Positions 34,453 through 43,400 of a stretch of DNA of 64,000 nt are shown here, in pieces. How positions within the stretch are numbered: position 1 is the first letter of the stretch; each line of letters starts with the position of its first letter. Location of the stretch: assembly GCA_918797485.1 (NCBI GenBank), contig CAKKNE010000002.1, forward strand, positions 5,270,001 through 5,334,000, in the 5' to 3' direction. Under the pieces are notes generated by a model. It had not been told where the DNA came from, searched no databases, and saw only the letters and a program-made list of their open reading frames with translations. This stretch comes from Pelagomonas calceolata (taxonomy: Eukaryota). The position numbers were made by a program, and so were the translations under genes.

Positions 34453-35088
34453 TTAGTTGTGCGTGATCGGGTAGAAGAAGTGGTGGTCGCACGAGTCGAC
34501 GCACGAGTGGCACATGGCGCCGAACGTGCCGAGCATGGCCGCGCGGCCGTTCTGGAGCTCGCACGTGAGGGCGCGGTTGCGCGCCGTGACGTCCTCGATC
34601 TGCGTCGTGAACGGGTAGCCGCCCGGGATGGTGCCGACGGAGCCGTCGTAGCCGCCCGGGAGGTTCTGCGGGCCGCCCGTGTACTGGGCCGCGGGCATGG
34701 CGCCGATCTCGGCGAAGCCGGCGAAGGCGACGATCTGGAAGAGGCCGAACGTCGGGATGTTGGCGACCGCCGGGAAGCCCATGCCGTCCTTGAGGATGTC
34801 CGAGAACTGCACCGAGCCATCGAGGTTGATGGAGCCCGGGAAGGTGATGCCCAGCTCCTGGACCATCATGCCGAGGAACGCCATCATGGAGATGCGGCCG
34901 TGCTTGATCTCGACGGCGCGGCGGCGGGCGAGGCCCTCCTGGTCGTCCCAGAACGGGCCGGAGGGGTCGATCGGCCCGGGGTCGACGCCGATGTCGCCCT
35001 TGACGACGACCTTGGAGGCGGCCTGCTGGCCGGGGGCCACGAAGGCGACGGCCGGGGCGGCGAGGAGGGCGAGAGCGAGCTTGGCCAT
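34453..35088 (-). CDS. LHC/FCP cluster gene C (211 aa)
   Basis: Same protein as genes A and D. Confidence 0.93.
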   Translation of the reverse strand: MAKLALALLAAPAVAFVAPGQQAASKVVVKGDIGVDPGPIDPSGPFWDDQEGLARRRAVEIKHGRISMMAFLGMMVQELGITFPGSINLDGSVQFSDILKDGMGFPAVANIPTFGLFQIVAFAGFAEIGAMPAAQYTGGPQNLPGGYDGSVGTIPGGYPFTTQIEDVTARNRALTCELQNGRAAMLGTFGAMCHSCVDSCDHHFFYPITHN

Positions 35089-35759
35089 TTTAGATTGTGT
35101 GTCTGCGAGGGCGCGAGGGTGAGGCGCGGCGGGGGACGGCGCGTGGCGGGGCTAGCGGCATGGCGCGTGCCGGAACGTGTGGATCCGCTTTTGGGAGAGT
35201 TGCAGCGTTCGCCCGCGGCGCGGCGAATTTGCGCCGGGCAAGCTGCGCAACCCCGAGCGCAGACAATTTGGCGCCCGCAGCGTTGGCCGCGCTGCTCGAA
35301 ACAGCGTATGCGTGTAGTTTGGACGCGGCAAATTGCGATGCTTGAGGCTGGGAGTCGGGCCCAGGATCTAGAGGCAAATTGCCTTGCGCAGCCTCTTGAG
35401 CCCGTATTGACGCCGTTCACGCGCTTCCGGGACCTCTAGACGCCTCTCGCGGCTTTCTGAAAATCGCGCGGGTCGCATTTTCGAGCCTGCCGATCCAACA
35501 AAAACAAAGTAGCACCCAGCGTCGCATACCGCCGCGCGCAGCAAAATCTGCTGCGCATCGCGCCAAGCACCCCTATAATTGCCGCTACGCACGAAAATTG
35601 TGCGCGCGGGCCGTGCGCGCCTGTTGCAAGCCATATCCAGCTTGCTACGGCCGCAAAAAAGCGGCGGGCGCGGCCGCGCAATCGCTCGCGCGCTGCGAAA
35701 AGACTCCAACAACCCACGCGCGGTGCGCCAACACTTTTTTCCCTCCGCAGACAATCAAA

Positions 35760-36395
35760 ATGGCCAAGCTCGCTCTCGCCCTCCTCGCCGCCCCGGCCGT
35801 CGCCTTCGTGGCCCCCGGCCAGCAGGCCGCCTCCAAGGTCGTCGTCAAGGGCGACATCGGCGTCGACCCCGGGCCGATCGACCCCTCCGGCCCGTTCTGG
35901 GACGACCAGGAGGGCCTCGCCCGCCGCCGCGCCGTCGAGATCAAGCACGGCCGCATCTCCATGATGGCGTTCCTCGGCATGATGGTCCAGGAGCTGGGCA
36001 TCACCTTCCCGGGCTCCATCAACCTCGATGGCTCGGTGCAGTTCTCGGACATCCTCAAGGACGGCATGGGCTTCCCGGCGGTCGCCAACATCCCGACGTT
36101 CGGCCTCTTCCAGATCGTCGCCTTCGCCGGCTTCGCCGAGATCGGCGCCATGCCCGCGGCCCAGTACACGGGCGGCCCGCAGAACCTCCCGGGCGGCTAC
36201 GACGGCTCCGTCGGCACCATCCCCGGCGGCTACCCGTTCACGACGCAGATCGAGGACGTCACGGCGCGCAACCGCGCCCTCACGTGCGAGCTCCAGAACG
36301 GCCGCGCGGCCATGCTCGGCACGTTCGGCGCCATGTGCCACTCGTGCGTCGACTCGTGCGACCACCACTTCTTCTACCCGATCACGCACAACTAA
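35760..36395 (+). CDS. LHC/FCP cluster gene D (211 aa)
   Basis: Same protein as genes A and C; CAAAATG start. Confidence 0.93.
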   Translation: MAKLALALLAAPAVAFVAPGQQAASKVVVKGDIGVDPGPIDPSGPFWDDQEGLARRRAVEIKHGRISMMAFLGMMVQELGITFPGSINLDGSVQFSDILKDGMGFPAVANIPTFGLFQIVAFAGFAEIGAMPAAQYTGGPQNLPGGYDGSVGTIPGGYPFTTQIEDVTARNRALTCELQNGRAAMLGTFGAMCHSCVDSCDHHFFYPITHN

Positions 36396-36600
36396 GCGCG
36401 CTCGACGTCACGGACTCCGAGCTCGACGCCCGGCGTTTATGGACGCTCGTCACTGTGATCTAATCTGAAGTGTATCCCCATCTCGTAGTTTTTTTCGGCC
36501 CGGCGGGCGCGGCTCGAACTTTCGTCAACCTTCGAGCGAACGACGAGCCCCTACGCCGTCGAGGCGACGCGAGGAAGCACCTAGTAGTATAGGCAAAAAC

Positions 36601-37884
36601 TTACACCCCCCCTGGCGGCGCGGGCGACGCCTTCACCCGTCGTTGCTTGCCGAACGACAGCGGAGGCTCGTCGAAGGGATGTTTCTGAGCGGGCCGCGAC
36701 TGCCGCGCGGCCTCCACTAACCTTTCGGCCAGCCCCATGTGGATGAATAATGCTTCAACCTTGTCGCCGACGCCCATTGTGGGCACCGCGGCATAAGCGG
36801 CGCAGGCGACGCGCGCCAGCGCCCGCGACAGGTTCGCTTCGTCCAGACCCGAAGTGTCGCTTTCACCTAATGTGGCTCGACACACCGCCGCGACCTCCTG
36901 ATGCGATAATAAAGCCGGAGAGACCTTCTCCTCCCGACAGAGTTTGAGGAAGTCCGGCGCCGAGACATGTCGGCCTTTCCGGTACTTGCGGAACACTTCC
37001 CGTAAAGGCTTCTGGAACCTAGCTAGTACTCGTGTCAAGCGATCGTCGTCCTCCACGGGCTGCTGTGAAGGTGCCTTCTTCTTGAACCGCCGCGACCGCT
37101 GCTGGTGGCCCCTTACTCTCGCTTGCAGTTTTGATGCATGCGCGTTCAAGTCATCCTTCTTCCGTCTCCGGCGATGCGGCCCGCCGCCCCGCCCGAAGGC
37201 CACGCCGTGGTCGTCGTCGCTGTCCTTGCGACGCCTTCGAGGTAGGCTCGCGACCAATGCATCACAAAAATCCTCCCAGGCCACGACCCTTCGACCGAGC
37301 ACGCCCTGCCTGATTTTTGACGAAAGCTTCTCCGCCACGGCTCGGCCTAGGGCGTCGCCTCTCGATGAGGGCCGTGTAGAACCACCAACCTCCCAGAAGG
37401 ACGCATCACCTCGCGGCGCTTCCAACACCACACCACCTAGTGGTGCCAGCGACTTGGCCAGCGTCGTCTCCAGGACCTCCAGGGATCTAGACGTCGCCTC
37501 CCGAAACGCTTGCGCGGCTCGTCGTTCCTCCGCTAAACTTTCTTCGGCTTGCACCGCCCGCCGTTCCCATTCTCGTATGAGCGATATCGTCGGGTCGCTC
37601 TCTTGGGAGGGCGGCGGCGCCGCCCGAGCGAGCCGACCGCGCACGCGAGCTTGCAGCAAACATGCCGCGGCCGCCTGGTCGACGACCTTCTCCACGTAGA
37701 GGCCGGGAAACAAACCACAGCGCGGCGCGCCGTCCGTCACGATGACCCCAAACCACCAGCCGTCCTCCTGCCGTTGCTGGACGTGGACCTCGTCTCCGAC
37801 GCTAAGCGTGAGCTCGTCGGGCTCCTGCGCTTGGTAGGCGTAGACCGCTTTATGGGGCGCTCTGCTCTTGGTGGGGCTGGCCAT
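36601..37884 (-). CDS. SH3 domain and IQ motif protein
   Basis: AVYAYQAQEPDELTL..GD...DGWW...GLFP.LYV (SH3); two LQARVRG IQ motifs; ACCATGG start. Confidence 0.8.
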   Translation of the reverse strand: MASPTKSRAPHKAVYAYQAQEPDELTLSVGDEVHVQQRQEDGWWFGVIVTDGAPRCGLFPGLYVEKVVDQAAAACLLQARVRGRLARAAPPPSQESDPTISLIREWERRAVQAEESLAEERRAAQAFREATSRSLEVLETTLAKSLAPLGGVVLEAPRGDASFWEVGGSTRPSSRGDALGRAVAEKLSSKIRQGVLGRRVVAWEDFCDALVASLPRRRRKDSDDDHGVAFGRGGGPHRRRRKKDDLNAHASKLQARVRGHQQRSRRFKKKAPSQQPVEDDDRLTRVLARFQKPLREVFRKYRKGRHVSAPDFLKLCREEKVSPALLSHQEVAAVCRATLGESDTSGLDEANLSRALARVACAAYAAVPTMGVGDKVEALFIHMGLAERLVEAARQSRPAQKHPFDEPPLSFGKQRRVKASPAPPGGV

Positions 37885-38359
37885 GGTCTTGCGCGATGCG
37901 CGCGACTGGCTGCTCCTTGTGCTTCGGCTCTGCGCGCGACGCCGAGGCAGCCCGTGATGGCGCTGTGTTTTGGAGATGCCCGGCGCTGTGTTGGGGGCGC
38001 GGGACTCCGGTAGCCGTGGTTGCCCGAGCCGTGGTAGGTGTCTGCCGCGCGGCGACGGCGTCGGGAACGATCGTGAAATTCTGGCGGGTTTTGGGCACTT
38101 TGGCCGCTTTTTGCATCGCCCTGTGCACGCAGACGTACGCGCAAAGCCTGAAAGTAGCTTGTTTTGCATTACTTGTGCTGCCGAAGAACTTGCAACGAGC
38201 AATTCCAGTATTGCTGTCGCCTCTGCCTACCAAGCTCTCAGGTGCAGTGAGAGCACTGTCGCCGCGCGAGCATTTTAGGCTTTGCAAACGCTCTCACGGA
38301 CACAGAGGCTCACCCTCACAAGAGTAATTGCCGCTATCGCGGTCGCCGCGACCGCATAA

Positions 38360-39217
38360 ATGGAGCAAGGTCCCGCACCCGCACCTGCAGCTAGCACAGA
38401 AGCGCCGCCGCTCTCGAAGCGCGCGAGGAAGCGCGCCGCGCGCGAAGCGCAGCGCCTCGAGGAGAAGCGGCAAAAAAAAGAGAAGAACCACGCCCAAGCA
38501 AGAGACAGAGAAGCCGCGGCCGCGGCGGCCGCCGCCGCCGCGGACGCGCTGCTGACGGACGACCAGCGCGCCGCGCGCGACCGCAAGGCGCAGCAGGCGC
38601 GCGACGAAAGGTTGCGGAAGCGCGCCGCCGAGGACGCAGAATTCGAGAAGAAGTGCGCGTCCGGATGTCGAATTGTCATTGATTGCGGCTTCGAGAGCCT
38701 GATGACGGACCGGGAGGCGCGGTCGTCGTCGCAGCAGATCATGTACTGCTACGGGGCGAATCGACGCGCGGAGGCGCCGGCGCGGTTGCTCGTCGTGGGC
38801 TTGACTGGAAGGCAGGCTTCAGCATTGGGGAACGTGTCCGGTGTCGAATCGTGGCGCGGGGCTTCTGTTGATGCGAGACCGCTGGAGGATGTGTTCCCGG
38901 ATAGGTCGTCGCTGGTCTACCTGACGGCGGAGTCGGACACGGTGTTGACAGAGGTGGACGCCGCGACGACCTATGTCATCGGCGGCTTCGTGGACCGCAA
39001 CCGGCACAAGGGCGCGACGCACGCCAAGGCACTGCAGCTAGGAGTGAGAACCGCGCGGCTGCCCATCGGCGACGGTGATGCAATCGTGCTGGGCAAGGAG
39101 GCGTCGCGCGTGCTCGCGGTGAACCACGTCTTCGAATTGATGGTGCGCGCGCAGTCGAGTGACTGGGCCGCGGCCGCGGAGTGCCTGCCGGGGCGGAAGA
39201 AGAAGCCTGAGGAGTAG
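38360..39217 (+). CDS. TRM10: tRNA (guanine9-N1) methyltransferase, SPOUT family
   Basis: IVIDCGFE.LM, Q...CY..NR, VYLTAES, YVIGG.VD.N, RLPI, VLAVNHV. Confidence 0.9.
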   Translation: MEQGPAPAPAASTEAPPLSKRARKRAAREAQRLEEKRQKKEKNHAQARDREAAAAAAAAAADALLTDDQRAARDRKAQQARDERLRKRAAEDAEFEKKCASGCRIVIDCGFESLMTDREARSSSQQIMYCYGANRRAEAPARLLVVGLTGRQASALGNVSGVESWRGASVDARPLEDVFPDRSSLVYLTAESDTVLTEVDAATTYVIGGFVDRNRHKGATHAKALQLGVRTARLPIGDGDAIVLGKEASRVLAVNHVFELMVRAQSSDWAAAAECLPGRKKKPEE

Positions 39218-39244
39218 GTTGTTTGTGATCAAAATTGTTAGGCA

Positions 39245-40009
39245 CTAGTCCTGGTCTTTCGGGAGGGGTCGGCCGGAGGCGTCGACGCGATTCATCACTC
39301 GAATATGGTCGAGGCCCGCGGCGATCACCGCTTCGTTGTAGGCGAGCGCGGCGACCTCCTCGTCGGAGTAGTAGCCAACATGGCATGTTTTGGTTTTGGC
39401 TGGCGTCGAAGTGGGATCTCTGTATTGAACCCGCCACTGGCACTCGCTACGGTTGGCATGCCAAGAAACGCCGTGAAACCTCGACGATCGCTTGAAAGTG
39501 GTGGGCAAAGGCTTGCCAGTCGCGTCGACATCGTTGAGCTGATTCCCCAGGTCGTGGCGCTGGACGTACTCGTTGTATCTACGTGCTGCTACTTCTTCGT
39601 CGTCGTACCGGCCGATCTGAATGCGCTTGTCGCCCACTTTTACAGAAGCCTTCCATTTCCCCCTCGCTGCGTCCCAACAGACGCCAAGGAATCCACTCGT
39701 TTTGCGTTTCTTGCGTCCCTTGCGCGGCGGCGGCGGCGGCGGCGACACAATCGCCCGGTACTTCGCTATTTTTCGTCGGAACTTCTCAATCTTCGGAAAT
39801 TTTACCAGCCGCACCGCTTTCTTCAACCGATTCTGATAATGCAGCAGGCCCTTAACCGGGTCGCTCGCCCGCGTCGCCTGGTCGAAGCGCATGGATTCCG
39901 AGTCGTCTAGCGTCCAGCGCACCTCGCCCGTCGCCGGGTGCCAGAAGTACGCGCGGCCGGTCGATGAGTCCGTCTCGCGGCGCCACGGCTCGCTGGCAAT
40001 CATGGTCAT
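39245..40009 (-). CDS. WW domain plus two AP2 DNA-binding domains
   Basis: WRRETDSSTGRAYFWHPATGEVRW; S.F.GV.W....KW.A......IGRY.DEEVAARRY and a second copy. Confidence 0.8.
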   Translation of the reverse strand: MTMIASEPWRRETDSSTGRAYFWHPATGEVRWTLDDSESMRFDQATRASDPVKGLLHYQNRLKKAVRLVKFPKIEKFRRKIAKYRAIVSPPPPPPRKGRKKRKTSGFLGVCWDAARGKWKASVKVGDKRIQIGRYDDEEVAARRYNEYVQRHDLGNQLNDVDATGKPLPTTFKRSSRFHGVSWHANRSECQWRVQYRDPTSTPAKTKTCHVGYYSDEEVAALAYNEAVIAAGLDHIRVMNRVDASGRPLPKDQD

Positions 40010-40215
40010 GCGTTAACGGTACGGGGCAGTCAACGCGCGCGCGTCGAGGGCTCAAGAGTCAAGGCAGAGCCAAATGTGAAAACCTGTTGCCACGGGCTCC
40101 GCGCGCGGTGTCGACGCGAGAAATGGCCAGTCGTATGAGGATTAATAACGCACTGATCAAGGCTCCTCACCCCAGCGCGGACAGGGCAAAACATGCCTGT
40201 CAAAAAAATGCGGAG

Positions 40216-40237
40216 CTAGCGTCCAGTAAGACACTAG
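40216..40237 (+). promoter_or_regulatory. CTAG-bounded upstream motif CTAGCGTCCAGTAAGACACTAG
   Basis: Recurrent motif near the centre of a divergent intergenic region; shares the TGCGGAG flank with the 9071 copy. Confidence 0.6.
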
Positions 40238-40426
40238 CAAGCCGGAGCCACGAGGACGCCAGTGCGGCTGTGGGCCGACAGTGAGGCGTTTCCAGCTCAG
40301 ACGACAGCTCGTGCAGCTTGTTTGGTGAGATCTCCAGCGAAGAGCACCCGTGCGGGCCGCCCCGAGCCACCTCCTGCGAGCAGCACAGATTTCCTGGCAG
40401 GAACCTTGCGCAGCCAAAGAGACACG

Positions 40427-43400
40427 ATGGCGACCCAAGAACAGCAACAAAACGACGAGCCCGTCCTTGAGACGGCTGAGGACACCGCTAGGGTCTCGAA
40501 TGCTGTGGACTTACTCATGGATTTGTGTGCGGAGAGAACCAACAATCATGACGAGACCGCTCTAGATGTGGTAGCTCATGTCGGCGCGGAGGTGCGGGCC
40601 ATGGCCGCGAAGGTCGCGGCGACCATCAAGTCGAAGGCGCACGCGTCAGTAGCCGTCGAGGACTTGCAAGCTCTGCACGCCAGAGCCATGTCGGCCCTCG
40701 AGACGGCCGGCATCCCTTCGTCAATGGAGAAAGTAGTAGCCAAGCTCCAGGCAGCCCAAGAGGAGGAGCCCGCCGTCGCCATCGTAGAAGAGAAGCCTCC
40801 TGTGAATGATGACGACCAGTCCACGTCACGAGGTGTCGCCTTCTTGAAGGACGTCGAGGCCATGCACTCGGCGCCGTCCGGTGAACTGCGCGAGGCGGCC
40901 ACAAGACGAGTGTCCCTCACGTTTTCCGGTACTGACCTGTGTGGAAATCAAATGTCGCGGCGCATCTCGCGGTGTCGATTCCTCGCACGCGACACACTGG
41001 TTGATTTCCACACAGGTAATGATGCACCCTTGCGAGCGGCCGCCACAAGGTTAGGCGCGCTCGGCGCTTTAGCTAAAGCGCATGAAGCAGCGGAACAGGA
41101 GGGCAACACGGAGGTGGCCATTTCCGCGGCGCGAGCGGCGGCCGCGCTAGTACCCTCGGAAGCGGAGCCCTTACATCTCGCCGCGTTAGCCTCACCTACG
41201 CTGAAGATGCTCCGGTTAGTCTTGGAACAGTCGACAGATTGCACCACAAGTACCCATCAAGTAGCCGTAGCGATCGCCCACTTGACGGTACTCTTACAAC
41301 AAGGGTGGACCGAGGATAAAGCGCAACCTCGCGTGTTAGAGGCGTTGGTCGCCGCGACCTGCGATGCCGCACGGGCCTGCTCCCATGGACTAGGCGAGTG
41401 CTGCGATTCGGAGACGGCTGCCGTCACGGCCTTTGCCGTTTCAAACTTGGCGGCTTTATCTGGCGCTCGAGTGGAGCTCGTGAGACAAGGAGCTATTTCC
41501 GTATTAGCCAATTGGCTGGAAGCGCGACCTCTCTCAGAGCTCCACCGCCACGCGTCCTCGGCGGCGCAGCAGTTAGCCGGCGCGGGCGACGAAGGCAAGG
41601 CCGGGCCTTCGGGATATTTGGAGATGAGAGATGAAGATGTTTTTGCGAGAGGGTGGCTCGACGCGAAGCTCACGGACGCTTCATTGGGTTTATTGAAGGC
41701 CCTGTCTGGATTGACACAAGACGACTCGGCCGTGGCTGCGGTAAGAAAGCAAACTATTACTGCTTTGTCAGAACTCTCGAAGCGACCACCCAACAGAAGA
41801 GCAGTAGTAGAAGCAGGCGGGTCCTACGCTCTACTCCACTCACTGAGAAGATGCGTTTCTGATCTCAGCGCCCCGGCTAGACGCCACGAAGCCGCTGATC
41901 TAGCTTGTAGAGCGTGCACGGCGTTAGCGGCAATAGCCCTGGAACCTTCACCAAGTGGCGACCGAGTCTCGGCCGATCTCGTTGACGGCGACGTCCTCAC
42001 ACCAGTAGTGGCGTGTCTAGCCCTAGCCGCACCGCGATCACCTTTGAGACTAGCCGCCGCGCGACTCGCAGCGAGGGTCTCGGAGGATGACCTCGACGCG
42101 AAGAGATCCCTCGCCTTCTTCCAAGGCGGAGGCCTCGGAGACATGGAAATTCAACCGGTCGACGCCTTACTCGTGTTGGGTGGAGGTTTGGACCATTCCG
42201 ATGATGGTGGTTCGATACAAAAGCCGCAGACGCCGCGCTGGGGCCGCGGGCGAAGTGAGTCAGTTCCACAAGAGCACGAGCCGGGGGCCTTTCGGCGGCC
42301 GGACGCGAGGGAGGCGGCGCACGTGGCCTATGCTCTCGCGAATCTGGCGGCGCGGCCGGATCCCGCGTCCAAGCTGTTGTGGGAGCGCGGCGCGTTACCC
42401 GTGTTGCTGCAGCTACACAGATCGCCACGAGCGCCGTTGCGAGCGAGGGCGATGCGCGCGCTAGCTTCCTTAGCGGCTCCCTTAGTAGCCCATCCGGCCA
42501 GAGACCAAGATAGAGATGTTGATGATCATGCCTCAGCAGCAGCTGCCGTCACGGTCGCGAAAGCCGCTCTAGCTACGCTGAGAGACGAAGACACCAGCAA
42601 TGACACGGAGACCCAAGCGTTTAGGAAAGAGGCGACCTACGAGGCCGCGAGGTGCGTGAAGAACCTCGCCTTTGCGGCACCTCTAAGGGCAGCATTAGTG
42701 GCTGGTTCTCTGAAGAGGTTACTCGCCGTCGCGGTGGGCGGCTGCGCGGAACCTAGACTAAAGGCACTAGCGGAGGCTACGCTCGTAGCGCTGGGCTTGG
42801 AAGGCGGCGCCGCCGATTTGGAGCTCTGCGGCAACGACGCTCGTCTGTTAGAAGAGTGGGTTGAAATGAGGGCTTCCTTAGAAGCCCAACGAGGCCTCGA
42901 GCAGGACTACGGGAGGGCTCTCAAAGACGCCTGGTCACCCGGTGAAGATCTGAGTGATGATGGGAGTGACGAGGAACCTACGTCAGAGAAACCGGCACCT
43001 CTCGATGTGTTTGCGGGGAAGCTCAGAGAAGTACTGTTGAATCCGCACGGCGCGGCCCTCAAATTAGCCGAACTCAAAGCGGGCGGGTTGTTTCGATGTA
43101 CGTCCGTCGATCCCTACGACGAGCGCGTCGTCAGTGAACCACAGAGGCCTCGTTCACCCATCTCGAAGCCTTCTCCGTTGGCACCGACCGCGTTAGTTGC
43201 AAGACTATCCTCAGCACCGGGCACGCCCCTGCCGTCGACACCCTTGGCGCAGGAGGGCCAGAACTCCGAAAAGCTCTTCCGACACGTCCGGTCGACGTCC
43301 TCAGCCTCGAACACCGTCGAGGACGAGGAGGAGTCGTTCGTGACGGCGGCGACGCGCCTGCCGCGGTGGTGGGCTTCCGAGCGACGCGCGAGGCAGTCCT

